From positions 91,884,001 through 91,948,000 of the forward strand of contig OZ024742.1 in NCBI GenBank assembly GCA_964016885.1: DNA of 64,000 bases. Reading direction: 5' to 3'. The DNA is from Eledone cirrhosa. Taxonomy: Eukaryota. The notes under the pieces are model-generated. The model was given only the letters and a program-made list of their open reading frames with translations, made no database searches and was not told the origin of the DNA. Position 1 is the stretch's first letter. Each line of letters starts with the position of its first letter. The translations under genes were made by a program, and so were the position numbers. This document shows, one piece after another, positions 30,928-47,483 of the stretch.

Positions 30928-31620
30928 TAGAAATATTGAAGTGGAAACGTGAGTAAATTAAGAGAAAATAAAACAATTTGCACTTTTACCTATATGTTTT
31001 ATATATGATTAGGTTAACCTAGATCAATTCATATTTTGATAAATATAATAACGTTGTGTTAACTTCTATAGATTTTATCTCTTATCTATTTCGAAGTTTG
31101 TATTTCGTATGCAGCACCAAACGTTCGGCTAAAAATATATCTAATATATTTAACTCCCACATCTTTTGCAAAACATCAGATTTATGTTATTTCATGGTCC
31201 TGGCGGACGGAAAGACGGATGCGTTACGCTAGAGGATAGGCAGAGAATTGTGCTAAAAGAGTCAATGTAGTTTCTAGAACTCACTCTTCCGTATTGTCAT
31301 CTGCATCCAGATAGAAATAAGTAGGGAAATCTGCCGGTACTTCAACAACTTCCGATCTACAGCATGTCAAACAACCGAGACTGTGACTGACAATGGAGTT
31401 CAACTTAATTAATCCAAGAGCGACTTTGTTTCCAGGGAATGTAAATGCTATTGTTGTTTAGCATTCTTCAGCGTAGGCAATTGTGAGATCAAGTAAACGT
31501 CCGATCTGAGGTGTGCCACTCATGACTATCTCATCTATTGTTTTCAGATAAGTTTATATAGAACTTATTTTAATGAGGAGGAGGAGGAAAGCATGACCGA
31601 ATGCTGGAGCTGGCGCATTA
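30928..31620 (-). repeat. Source of a local inverted duplication (matches 24265-24660 plus 27030-27331)
   Basis: Reverse-complement identity visible across both hAT flanks. Confidence 0.85.
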
Positions 31621-32625
31621 CTGCACCAGCGTTTGCAATTCTTGTACTTAATTCAGCCTCTTGTCTTCCATCACTCGTGAACACGGCCCCAAGATACTTT
31701 AACCCCTCCACCTACGTCAGTGGAACTCCATTCACATATAGAGTGCACCACACAGACTCCTTGAGAGGACGAGTGTCTCAGTTTTCGTAGCACTGATTTT
31801 CATTCCAGCCTTGCAGCATTCGGCTTCAGCCCTATCAAGTGCATGTCGGAGATCACCTTCTGTCGAGTTAAGAAACACCAACCGACTGATTTTTCACCCA
31901 CCTGTAATATTATAACTTCCAACTCAGATGCGCATGTCAATCCTGTTCATGAAAATAATGGACAGGAGAGGTGACAGTACGCTACCTTGGTGGAGTCCGA
32001 CACCCATATTGAATGGTTTCGATTTAGCACCATTTATCCGAACGCAAATACTTGGGCATTCGTAAATATACAAGGGGCGGCAGGAAGCTCACCATCGATC
32101 CCATACTCCTGCAGAACATTCCACAGCAGATCCCAGGGAACGAGGTCGCATGCCTTCTCGAGTTCTACAAAACAAGAATATTCCCCTTGGCAATACTCCC
32201 ACGATTTCTCTAAGACCTGCCGCAGTGTGAACATTTGGTCGGCTGTGCTACGTCTGGAGCGAAAACCGCACTGTTCATCATTTAGATTGGACTCGACAAT
32301 CTCTCTACATCTCTTTGCCAGACACTTAGTATAGACTCTACCGGGGAGTCTTAACAAGGAGATCCCTCTGTAATTGGAACAGGCACTATTTCAAAAATAG
32401 GGATTATCACTCCCGATGGCCATGGCTTAGGTGCCTTTCCAGAGGCATAGGCTACCCGGCACACACAGTTCAGCAAGAGAATACCTTCTTTATATAAGGC
32501 TTTTAACATCTCGGGCTGGATTTTTTCTTCTCCAGCGGCCTCGCCACATTTGAGCTCTTTCACTGCTCCACTAACCTCAGCCTCTGAGAGATTATTCACT
32601 GCTCCCAGATGCACCTTGTGTACAG
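31590..32625 (-). mobile_element. Degenerate RTE LINE fragment
   Basis: EQCGFRSRRSTADQMFTLRQVLEK, FVELEKACD, FKYLG motifs. Confidence 0.85.
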
Positions 32626-33206
32626 CAGAACCTCAACTATAATATGAAAGTGCGAAGTTTTAATATTTAATCTAATGCCACGCTCGAATTAAGCTTTCTA
32701 GCAAGTCGTAAAGAAATTCAAATATCCGATGTAATGATATTCTGATATAAATGAGTGCCGGACAGTCAGAAACCGGAAAATTGTTGGTGTTACTGTATGT
32801 GATTTTCGTGATGAAATCAAATGACTAACCACACCAAAGGCCACATGGAATCCACTACATGGTCTGTTTTTCTGCTAGAAATAGCAGCTAAAATATGTAT
32901 CTTATTTTAGCCATGGGAAATTGAAATGACCATGGATAATTATAGCCGGATAAAAATAGGTGCCGCACTATCAGTTGCCGGACAATTGGCGATGAAATCC
33001 ATCTGTGGACCACATAGAAAAAGAGCTAATTTGGGATCCTCAACGTGATTTGTTAGAAATAGCAGCCAGCATGTCTCTCGTAATTCAGCCACCTCGTTTA
33101 AATAAGAAATGACACATTGTATAATGTAGTTTTTCTAGATAGACTGATATCTGTCAGGAATGTCTTTGATATCTAAGTCTGTTTAATGGGGGTGACCTGG
33201 GGGCCA

Positions 33207-33286
33207 AACTACTACTACTACTACTACTACTACTAGTACTACTACTACTACTACTACTACTACTGCTGCTGCTGCTACTGCTGCTG

Positions 33287-33330
<44 letters not shown>

Positions 33331-33337
33331 GCTGCTG

Positions 33338-33390
<53 letters not shown>

Positions 33391-33406
33391 GCTCCTGCTA
33401 CTACTA

Positions 33407-33474
<68 letters not shown>

Positions 33475-33484
33475 GCTGCTGTTG

Positions 33485-33550
<66 letters not shown>

Positions 33551-33571
33551 TTGCTGCTGCTCATGCTACTA

Positions 33572-33654
<83 letters not shown>

Positions 33655-33673
33655 GCTACTACTGCTGCTTCTG

Positions 33674-33711
<38 letters not shown>

Positions 33712-33751
33712 GCTGCTACTTCTGCTCTTACTACTACTACTACTACTACTA

Positions 33752-33794
<43 letters not shown>

Positions 33795-33811
33795 GCTGCT
33801 GCTACTACTAG

Positions 33812-33845
<34 letters not shown>

Positions 33846-33852
33846 ACTACTA

Positions 33853-33884
<32 letters not shown>

Positions 33885-33891
33885 ACTACTA

Positions 33892-33938
<47 letters not shown>

Positions 33939-34002
33939 ACTACTACTACTACTACTACTACTACTGCTGCTCTGCTACTACTACTACTACTACTACTACT
34001 AA
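33207..34002. repeat. About 800 bp compound (CTA/CTG)n microsatellite
   Basis: Trinucleotide array. Confidence 0.95.
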
Positions 34003-35149
34003 TAGATTAAAAAAAGAATGACACATTCTATAATGTAGTCTTTTTCTTATACAGTGATGGTCCTGGTTAGCTAAACTCTACCAATATGATGATGAAGTGA
34101 CAATCATTAGAGCCTAAGATAAATAATTTGTGGTGTTTGTTCCGGTTTTCGGCACTCTTATTACAAATCTCACGGTGATCCACATTGAATTCTATCCGGA
34201 CACGTGCGACGGATTGCTGCAATTTTTTTCAGTTTGACGAGTTCACTATTGCCTTTCATAATTTTGGAATCGATAAATAAAGCACCAATGAAGTAGTGGT
34301 GGTTGTGTAGTGGAGATACTTTGCAGTATCAGGGATGATTCTGTAAAATTCATATTTCGCCTTATTCTGCCAAGTTTTGCGACAGGCAGATAACCTCAGC
34401 AATTGAAAGACCAATGGAAATATTGATTCCTTGGTCCGATTGAACAATCGGCTCATTTACTTCCTTTTTTTTTGTCACGGATACTTTAGGCCCTAAACTT
34501 GTGTAGGACAAGTTAATGATATCAGAGTTTATTGATTTGTAACACGACTTCCTCAATTAAATAAATGAGATTGTGGGAGAAACAGAAAACAACGATTTTT
34601 TTGTTGCTATTTACTATATATTTAATTTTATTTATTTATTTTTATTAATTCAATTTTCCGTGTTAACCATAATTTAATTAGCTGGGTGGTCAGTCGATGA
34701 CATTTTAACAATAGATAGTTTTTGATAATCTGTTTACAGAAGCAGATTTCAAATTCGATTAAATTTTCTAACACCCTTGAAGAAAACACGCAAACTATGT
34801 AGTTGACAGTGTAGTTGACAATGTAAGGACAGTGGATACGTGGAACATTTTCTGTTTGAGGAGTTCAACTTTGCCTTTCATCCTTTTGGGGTCGATGAAT
34901 AAAGTATCAGTTCAGGGCATCGATTTGTAGAATTGCAAAAAGGTCGGACGGGATGTTTTATGGTATTTGACCACTTCCATTCTGAATTCAAATCCTGTCC
35001 ATCTGCCAAGTGCTGCGATCGGTAGATAATATTGACGACCGGCTCCTTTCTTTCATTTTTGCCACGGATACTTAACTATAAAGATCAAGAAAAGTGAATT
35101 TTTCAACGCAGAAAGGAAACTGCCTACAAACACATCTTAATAGGATCTT

Positions 35150-35318
35150 ATGATCACTGTAGGTCACTAGCATAATATCGAATTATTTTCTCATTGTTTT
35201 AGAAAGAGTCACACACTACGACATGATATATATATTGACTCCTCCTGTCGTAGTGTGTGACTCTTTCTAAAACAATGAGAAGATAATTCGATATTATGCT
35301 AGTGACCTATAGTGATCA
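35150..35318. repeat. Inverted repeat, about 74-bp arms
   Basis: 35150-35223 / 35246-35318 near-perfect reverse complements. Confidence 0.8.
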
Positions 35319-35785
35319 TCTGGTTGGTGTTCAAATGTTACTTCTGTTTTATGTGGAAAAAAAGTAGCTCGAAATGCATCGGATATATTGTGTCTGTTTA
35401 AATAAATATTTCGCCTATACTTGACTCTCACAGAGTCTGATTTGAGACTTCGAAATAAAAAATCACTTTAATAATAAATATTATATAAACCCACGGCCAT
35501 ATTTTCAATTGAAAAAGACGTGGTAGCAAATGTCAAGCTTTTGCTAATCGTTTTATGTGTTCAATCGTTTTATGTGACCATTGAATGCTCCATACTATCT
35601 AGCGAGGTATCCTGGACGTCTACGAGAGAGAGGGAGATAGAGTGAGGGAGAGAGACATGTACTCCTCCAAGTTGATGTCACGGTCGGTTTTTTTACTTTC
35701 CTCTATACCCACACTGCTTCTTCCTATACATAGAGTATTCCCCTGATTTGTGATCCCCACCCCAGTCCTAGCACCACAGACTCTC

Positions 35786-35832
<47 letters not shown>

Positions 35833-35923
35833 CTGTGTGTATATATATATATATGTATATATATATAAATTGAAACAAAATGCATACTTACATTTATATA
35901 TATATATATATATATTTATATGC

Positions 35924-35981
<58 letters not shown>

Positions 35982-35989
35982 GCATATAT

Positions 35990-36403
35990 ACATGGTGGCT
36001 GCCAACTCGTTTTCGAGTACGGCCACTACTTTATATCCATGTAGGAGAACCCCTACCGATGCGCTGAACGAGTGTGACTTTTTAGTCCAGCCTGCGACTT
36101 GAAAACTCTGGTACAAACACTACACTTGTAACAATTATTGACACATAGTGCTGGGCCCATGGTACGATGTGACGACAAGTGCAGAGAGATCTCCAGATAT
36201 AAAGCAATGCCTGTGCCGTGGAGCTTTTATAGTGAGCAAAGGCACTGCATAAAGCCAGTCCCACTCTCTTAACCAAGATGATATTTACCAAAAAGAAGAA
36301 CAAGTCAACATCATTGGATATCATCATGGTTGCAGGTGTTATATCAGAGTTTTCCTTCTCCTAGAATTCTGCCTTGACAAAGGCTAAGGGGTCATCTCTC
36401 CCG
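35990..36403. repeat. Dispersed repeat (probable LINE fragment); inverted copy at 53861-54272
   Basis: ORFs 36082-36327 (-) and 53941-54183 (+) are near-identical. Confidence 0.7.
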
Positions 36404-36427
36404 GATGTATACATACAAACATACATG

Positions 36428-36484
<57 letters not shown>

Positions 36485-36506
36485 GGCTGATTAGTCAGTT
36501 CTGCTT

Positions 36507-38914
<2,408 letters not shown>

Positions 38915-39042
38915 AATATATATAAAGCAGAACTGACTGATCAGCCAGTCTGCTAATATGCAAATCAGGCCGATCAGTCACTGTGTATTTTTGGAAATAG
39001 CATATATTTTCACTAGCTCTGACAGTTTGGCAGGTGAACAGT

Positions 39043-39092
39043 GAGCTGTACTGATGATGGGTGCTACCCAGAAACATTAGCGTCTGCAGTTC
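39043..39092 (+). ncRNA. Type I hammerhead ribozyme, canonical core
   Basis: GAGCTGTA-CTGATGA-TGGGT gct ACCCA-GAAA-C attagc G-TC-TGCAGTTC; GUC site. Confidence 0.85.
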
Positions 39093-39328
39093 TGTGTACA
39101 TGCCAACACAAGAGCAAGAATGAAGTGTTCATTCTCCTGACATGGCTATAAAATTGAGGGTTGTTTGCAAAATTGCAAACCAATCGAATGTTATTAATAT
39201 TTGAGGTTAACTTTACCTTTCATCCTAACGGGGTCGATAAAATAAAGTACCAGTAATACACTGGGACAATTGCTGGCCTTGTGCCAAAAGTAGAAACAGT
39301 TATTAATATTCGAAAAACTCACATTACA

Positions 39329-39386
<58 letters not shown>

Positions 39387-39556
39387 AAAGCCCGGAAATT
39401 GTGTTGTAATTGGATGTAAATATATATTTTCGTTAATTATTTCAGTTTTTCCTCTTTACTATTTCTAGCGACGACTTTGACATCTATAAACCTAAACTTT
39501 AATTGAATTCTGATAAAGTGAAAAAAAAGAGACACATACATATAGCGTATGTTTCC

Positions 39557-39588
<32 letters not shown>

Positions 39589-40340
39589 TGTGTGTGTGTA
39601 TGTTGTGCGTGTGTCAGTGTATGTATGTATGCATGTATATATGTATATGTGTCTCTTAATAAGACGTTATCAAAATGCCCACCGTTAAAGCCATAATATC
39701 ATGTGACGGACGTGACTATGCGATACCAGGAAATAGTGATAACATTCTAGCCCGAGTTTATAGGTTTGCAACACGACTACTTCTAATAAATAATAAATAC
39801 GATTTGGGAGGAACAGAAGACAACAGTTGTTTGTTGCTATTTATTATTTATTATTCAAGGGCGGTGTATTGGTAGTATCGGTAGAGGGTCGGACGCCATT
39901 CTTTCTAGCATAGTTACGTCCCTTTACAGTAATGTACTGGGTAATTGCTGGCCTTGTGCCTAAAGTAGAAACAATTATTTATTATTCATCTTATTTTATT
40001 TAATTAGTTATTTTTGTTATTTCAATTTTACGTGTCAATAATAATTTGATTAGCTGGGCGGTCAGTCAATGTTTTGTTAGTAATAAAGTTTTAGACAATC
40101 TGCTTATGCGAGCCGATTTTAAATTTCATTAATTTCACTAACACACTTGAAGAAAGAGGCGACGAATTGGCTCTGTAGCGAGTTAATGCACGACGGCTCG
40201 CGCTTGCCGTTTCGATAGTAAGTTGTCGAGCAATAACTCTTTACAAAACCTACTCTCTACTTTCCAAAATATTGAATTCTTACCTGAATAGTGGTCTTAG
40301 CTGGTAACTTTCAATCTCACCCTCACTCTCTCTGTCAATT

Positions 40341-40408
<68 letters not shown>

Positions 40409-40415
<7 letters not shown>

Positions 40416-40650
40416 ATACTTTGGGAGGGTCATGTTGCTAATAAGAAACACACGCACCAGTTGCTTTCACTTCAATTTATGAATTAAATTTATAAATTTA
40501 GGAATTTATAAATTTCCGGTAATAAATTGAAATGAAAGCAACTGGTGCGTGTGTTTCTTATTGGCAACATGACCCTCCCAAAGTATAACAATATCGGTTT
40601 CAATACACGTTTTCAGATAAAGAATCTTGCTAAACAAATTCAGAAACGAA
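40409..40650 (+). mobile_element. Minimal family A hairpin with tail
   Basis: Same boundary and tail as 9784-12446; only about 240 bp. Confidence 0.85.
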
Positions 40651-40689
40651 ATATGTATATATATATATATATAAATTTTAATATAGATG

Positions 40690-40740
40690 AGATTCTACAG
40701 GACTAGAACTGTTTCATTCTTTAGAAATCATCAGGAATCT
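40690..40740 (-). ncRNA. Hammerhead ribozyme (family B)
   Basis: AGATTC-CTGATGA-t TTC taaa GAA t-GAAA-CAG ttctagtc CTG-TA-GAATCT. Confidence 0.85.
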
Positions 40741-40902
40741 GGCTGTCCAAAATAAATGTTGTGGTATTTATATCTTTTCTGGTGCTAGGAGAGGGTGGGG
40801 AGTGGGATGGGTGGAGGTCATTGGTTGGAAGAAAAGGGAATTCATTAAAAGCTAATTCTTTAAGGCTATAAATGTGTGTGTGTATATATGTGTGTCTATA
40901 TG

Positions 40903-41005
<103 letters not shown>

Positions 41006-41016
41006 ATATCTATATA

Positions 41017-41084
<68 letters not shown>

Positions 41085-41085
<1 letters not shown>

Positions 41086-43620
41086 ATTTATTAAAATAAC
41101 AGATTAAAGTTTAAGCAAAGAATCGCTGCTTTCATCCTTAACGGGATCTTTGCAACAAGGAACATTGCCGTTTTATCCAATTCGACATCAATAATTACTA
41201 CTCCTCAATCACTTTACCACTTCTCCTTAGAGCTATCAATTTCGCTAAAACACTCACAGTGGTTAAGGATTTCGAAGTTGATGTCATCCTCAGTGCCCGT
41301 AAGTCGGTGATTAATTTCGACGATCCTATTTGGATTAAAAAATTCAATAGTACCCCATTCGACGTGAGTATGGGCGCCAGCGATTATACGGAGGTTACTG
41401 ATCTTATCGGCCTTTCTCTATCAAGGACGAATTCCCCCAACGCGGGCAGTGGTTTGTACCGTGATGATGGTATTTTGACCATGACTAAGTGCGGCCCTCG
41501 TGCTTGCGACAGGTTCAGAAAAGAACTCACAGTCTTCTTTAAAGGCTTCAACCTCTCTATACAGGTTGAGGCCAACCTCTCGGTCGTTAATTACCTCGGC
41601 GTTACCCTCAATTTATCGAATGGGTTGTATTACCCGTATAGAAAGCCGAATGATACGCTTAATTACATAAGTAAGCATTCCAACCATCCTGCCAGCATAA
41701 CCAAGAACCTGGTAAGAAACGTTTCGTTGAGGCTTTCCCGTCTATCTACTAACGAGCATATTTTCAACGACCATTCCACTTATTACAATGAAGCTCTTGC
41801 TCGGAGTGGATTTGTCGATAAGGTAGCATATACAGAGTACGAGAATAGACCTAGAAGAAATAGATCCCGACGCATTATATGGTATAATCCACCATATAAT
41901 ATGGAGGTGGCCACACCATTAGCTAAGATCTTTCTATCCCTTATTACGAAGCATTTTCCCCTCTACACATAAATATAGTAAAATTTTTAATAGAAATACT
42001 ATTAAAATTTCTTACTCTACGACTCCTAACCTTGCACATAACATCACAGCTTCAAATTTAGCTAAACTACCTAGCCGTAGGAACACGTGCAACCCTGTAG
42101 TTAGTACTAACTGTAATTTTAGGAATCGGGTTGATTGCCCCCTATCCGGAAAATGCCTCTCTAGTAAGACTGTCTACAAATGTAAGGTTGAAACACCCAC
42201 GTCCCGCAGGGCTTACATAGGGTTAACCGCCAATAGATTCAAGCAGCGTCTTTACATGCATACCCTCTAAGAAGGAATATGACGTGACTTTCAGCTTATA
42301 TCTGGAGTCTAAAAGACAACCACACCCAATATAAGTTACACTGGGAGATCCTAGCTAGGGCTAGATCGTATAACGGAAATAAAAGACCACGTGACCTCTG
42401 CGCCGCTAAGGCCCTGGAAATACTCTACGCCACAGACCGCATCTTAAACAAAAAATCCGAGGCAATTTCGGCTTGTAAACATAAATTGTACAAAACTTTC
42501 CTGTATTACAGCCCCACATTATACCCTAACGGATAATACGATCTATACGTGGATATTTTACGTCTTGATGTGGTAGCTAAGTATATGTTATGTTTATACC
42601 ATTACTTATTTGCATAGGTATGTATATATTACCTGCATGTTTTGTGAAAGTACGTATACTTTCTCGTACATATATTTGATTGTATATGTTATGGCGTATA
42701 TTTTATATATTCTTGTACATATGCTTTTGGTTATGTGTATACGTGAGTTTTGCGTCTGCGTGAGTATGCAGGTTTGTACGTATGTAGGGTGTGTGTATAT
42801 GTGACTTCGTGTTTTGGTTGACGTACGTCTCCGAACATTTGTGTATTTACATGTAGGTATGTGTGTGTGCTTGTTATATACGTATTTATTTATATACGTT
42901 TATTTAATTATTTATTTATTTGTATACACGCACACACACATATTTATATGTGGGTGGTTTTGTATACCTATGGCGAGTGTTTTTCGCGTATGCTTGTGTA
43001 TGTACGTTTATGGATGCGTGTATGTATTTATTTAATTTCAATTACCTCTGTATTTTATTTACTTTATTCTTAACTCTGAAGCGGAGAATCATTCGATTTC
43101 CTAGTTAGAATTTTAGTCTACGACTTCAGTTATACCATTTACGTGGTTTTGTCTTTGCGTGCAATTGTTCTCCACGCTCCACATATGACGTATTATCTTC
43201 GTTTTTTTCGTTCTTTGCCAGAGAACGTCTCTATGAACCACCTAAGAGAACATTAGTCTACGACTTCTTTTATACCATAAACGTGGTTCTGTCTTTACGT
43301 GTAATTGATTTTCACCGCTCCAATTAATGATGTATATATTCGTTTTTTCCCGTTCTTTGCCAAGGAACGTTTCCACGAACCAAAGTATCGTCTTCCTGTC
43401 TTCCTCCGGTTGCAACGTTTTTTGAAATATCCACTTCTGCGTTTACAGATTGACTTTGTTAGTTTCAGAAGATCCCGTTAAGGGTGAAAGCAGTGATTCT
43501 TTGCTTAAACTTTAATCTATTATTTTAATAAATATTTGCTCTACGGTTCTTATATATTTGATATATATTTATCCTTATCGAGCCCTCTTTGAATTTTAGT
43601 CTTCAAATTTATTATTATTA
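41085..43620 (+). mobile_element. Penelope-like element (YRDDG-type RT plus GIY-YIG), disrupted
   Basis: FDVSMG, GLYRDDG, NYLGVTLNL, PYRKPN, IIWYNPP, YKCKV..AYIG. Short inverted arm 41085-41149 / 43469-43533; tail 43534-43620. Confidence 0.9.
43461..43511 (+). ncRNA. Hammerhead-like motif, U4A variant (family C)
   Basis: AGTTT-CAGAAGA-t CCC gttaa GGG t-GAAA-GCA gtgattctt TGC-TT-AAACT. Confidence 0.65.
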
Positions 43621-43725
43621 CTATATATATATATTTATATATATATTTGTGTATGTGTATTTATGTATATGTGTATATGTGTAGATGTATTTGTATATGT
43701 TTGTATATGTGTATATTTATTTATA

Positions 43726-43778
<53 letters not shown>

Positions 43779-43822
43779 AAGTTAAATAAAAGTCAAATGA
43801 TTAAAATTTAGCTTCGTTTATT

Positions 43823-43877
43823 ACTGCTATATATATTTCAGTGACAGCCATCTTTGGCTGTGACCTCTTCAGGCAGT
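43823..43877 (-). ncRNA. Minimal hammerhead ribozyme (family D)
   Basis: Reverse complement of 45714-45768. Confidence 0.85.
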
Positions 43878-45713
43878 TTGAATTAGTATGGTATAGACAA
43901 GTACATATGTTGTTTAGGTGTATGATATCGTCAATACTCTGATATGCCCAGTTCCTTGTTGGGTTGTTAATTCACTGGGGAACTGGAGTCATATGAATTC
44001 AAACAAACGAATTTCAGTGTCACAGGTCCCCTTCTCCTCTCATTGGTAAGTTATTAGAACATTCCTCATTCTAAGTGTTGTTATTGTTGGAGTTAGCTTA
44101 AAAATTGATAAAATGGTAGAAGGGACAAGGTGTTAAAGGAACAAAATAACAAAAAAAGGTGTCAGACTTCCCATTGTTCAGTTCTGAGAGCATTCCTCAG
44201 TCAGAAGTCTATAGAATTCTTTCTGGGGTGAGGTTCCCTGTAGTGTTTTTGCCTGCTATTGTTCAGTACATTTGACCTCCACCATTATTTTGGTACTGTT
44301 GTTGTTGTAGTGGTCAGCTTATATCTTGCTGCTGCTAACAATTTAGAAGTATCCAGTTTGTGTTTTTTCTTCATCCCTCCCGCCACCATCGTAGTGGGGG
44401 GGGGGGGGGGGTTCTTTCATGTATATGAAGAAATATAAGGCAATAAATGAAGAAAACAGAAAATAAATAAATAATATAATAAAATAATTAATATAATTTG
44501 TGTAATTTGAAAATAAATAAATAAATAGAGAGTAAAGAATAAAGAGTAAATGAGAGATTGGTGAAAAAGTAATGATAATGTATATGGAGAGGTGAGAAAT
44601 AATGTAGGATAAAGTGTGTGTGTGTGTGCTATAACCAATCTCAAGGTCAGAATATGTTGGATATATTGGTATGAGACAAGATGTTAAGATGAGATATTCA
44701 ATGTGTTTGTGTTATAATCTATCTCAACTTAAAATAAATATAAGGTGATACAGTGAAGAGGGCAGAAAACAAATAACAAATTAATAAAGAGAAATCAAGT
44801 TTTAAGATTGGAACTTGAAAGTCAGAAATCTGGTAAATTAAAAGTGTTTGTGTTATAGACGTTGGCCAAATTATTATGGCTGTGTCCGATTCTATCTCTA
44901 GGCTATCATGGTGTCTGCTCCGCCTGGGTTGTTCCCTGTGGCTTGAGGGGAGTTCACAACCTAGGGTGTTGTTATTGCCCATATAGCTTGAGGGAGGTCT
45001 GGCCGAGAGGTGTTTTCATGTTCTGTAGAAGTCCCTATAGCTTGAGGAGAGTTCACATCTTCTTGTGTTGCTACTGTCCATATACCTTGAGAAAGGTCCC
45101 GGCTCTAAGGTGTCTGCATGTCCCGAAGAAGTCGGTTCTGAGGTTTATCAGACCGCTTCCACCTCTTAGTATCTCGAGGGTCTCGTTCAGGCATAGTTTG
45201 CATATGCAAGATCCCCCTTTATCGGGTGGTACCAGGCCAGAGAGTATGGGGTCCTGTCCAGCTTAAGCGTCCAGATCAGGTCGGAGAGAGCTGTGCTTTT
45301 CCTTTTGGCCTCCTTCTTGAATGAATGGCGATGGTTGTACCAGCGGTCCTTAAAGCTCGTTGATGTGGCTCCTATGTAGAGGTGTTCGGAGTTGGGGGTT
45401 TTAACCCTACAACCGTACACTAGGTTCTTCTTGAGACATTCATTTTCAAGGGGGCATGATTCTGGGTTTCTGCAGTTGCAGAGGGTGGTCGGCCTCTGTG
45501 TGCCTAGATTAGGGTTCTCATTATGTGTTACAAGTTGGTCTACCCCCATGCTCGGTGGGGGGTCCTTGGGTCTGTTTGTGTTTCTTGTTTGAATTCATAT
45601 GACTCCAGTTCCCCAGTGAATTAACAACCCAACAAGGAACTGGGCATATCAGAGTATTGACAATATCATACACCTAAACAACATATTTACTTGTCTATAC
45701 CATACTAATTCAA

Positions 45714-45768
45714 ACTGCCTGAAGAGGTCACAGCCAAAGATGGCTGTCACTGAAATATATATAGCAGT
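45714..45768 (+). ncRNA. Minimal hammerhead ribozyme with palindromic loop 3 (family D)
   Basis: ACTGC-CTGAAGA-G GTCACAGCCA aaga TGGCTGTCAC T-GAAA-TATATA-TA-GCAGT. Confidence 0.85.
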
Positions 45769-45910
45769 AATAAACGAAGCTAAATTTTAATCATTTGACT
45801 TTTATTTAACTTTATTTTACACTACTCCGGAGTAACCAAACCAACCTGCGCACTTCGTCGAGTGCTCCAGTCTGCATACTGAGGTGTTGGTATACAACCA
45901 ACATAAACTC

Positions 45911-46088
<178 letters not shown>

Positions 46089-46520
46089 TGTCTGTTGACA
46101 CTTGTAATATAGCTTAAGAGAAACATGACAATAATGATAGGCACCCAATATTTGAAATGGTTCATAGAATTCTCTTGTCCTTTGTCACTCTAAGTAGAGC
46201 TTTAAAGAATTAGCTTTTAAAGAATTCCCCTTTTCTTTAAATCCATCAACCATGACCGACCCGCAACCATCTTATATACACCTGAAATACAGGCATTGTT
46301 AGCTTAAGAGAAACTTTAAAATAAGGAGTGGCACCCCTATTTCAACTTGTTTGAAGAATTCTTTCTGCCTTTCTCACTCTAAATATAATTTATAGCCTTA
46401 AAGAATTAGCTTTTAATGAATTCCCTTTTCTTTCAACCAATGACCTCCACCCATTCCACTCCCTACCCTCTCCTACCACCAGAAAAGATATAAATACCAC
46501 AACATTTATTTTGGACAGCC

Positions 46521-46571
46521 AGATTCCTGATGATTTCTAAAAAATGAAACAGTTCTAGTCCTGTAGAATCT
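46521..46571 (+). ncRNA. Hammerhead ribozyme (family B)
   Basis: AGATTC-CTGATGA..GAAA-CAG ttctagtc CTG-TA-GAATCT. Confidence 0.8.
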
Positions 46572-46659
46572 CATCTACATTAAAATTGTTATACTCTGCT
46601 ATGTATTGAGTACCTTACTTACTGTGGTTACCTCCAATTCAACCAGGATTAACTTACCT

Positions 46660-46723
<64 letters not shown>

Positions 46724-47104
46724 GCATATCTATATCCCTATATATATATATATGGGGATATATATATATACAACGCTTACCAGATATAGGAAGAATCACT
46801 CAAACTGGGATTTAATGATTTGCATAAGAGAAGGTCCATAGTTTATGTTGTTGATTCTTGATACATGAAAACGATTAAATATTAGAATTATATTTGAATA
46901 AAATATTTCTAGGATATAATTTAGCGTTCATCATGTATGTACAAATGCATGATTAAATATAAGAGCAACGTTCGAGAAATAATTATTGACAAGGACAAAT
47001 GTATGGTTAGAACGCAGATCCTTGTTATTGGAAAGCGAATATTGTAACAACATTGCTGCAGTCGGGAATGTGTTGTGAGCATGCATATGTATATATGTAT
47101 ATCT

Positions 47105-47409
47105 ATTTAATATAGAAAAGCTTCGACAGGACTAGAACTGTTTCATTCGTGAGAAATCATCAGGAAGCTGACTGTCCAAGTAAATATGGTGATATTTATA
47201 TCTGTTCTGGTGGTAGGAGAGGGTGAGGATTGGGATGGGTGGAGGTCATTGGTTGATGGGTTTAAAGAAAAGGGAATTCTTTAAAAGGTATATTTAGAGT
47301 GACAAAGGCAGAAAGAACTCTATGAACAAGTTTAAATTGGGATGCCACTCCTTATTTTTAAGTTTCTCTTAAGTTAACAATGCCTATATTTCAGGTGTCT
47401 ACAAGCACC

Positions 47410-47483
<74 letters not shown>

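Noticed and set aside
33154-33811. Poly-Ser/Val/Leu ORFs, and the many YI/CV/HT-repeat ORFs across the window
   Set aside because: These are translations of microsatellites with no coding signal.
41259-45549. Selenocysteine recoding in the YRDDG-type PLEs
   Set aside because: The conserved Cys positions I could read are TGY or ordinary mutations, not TGA.
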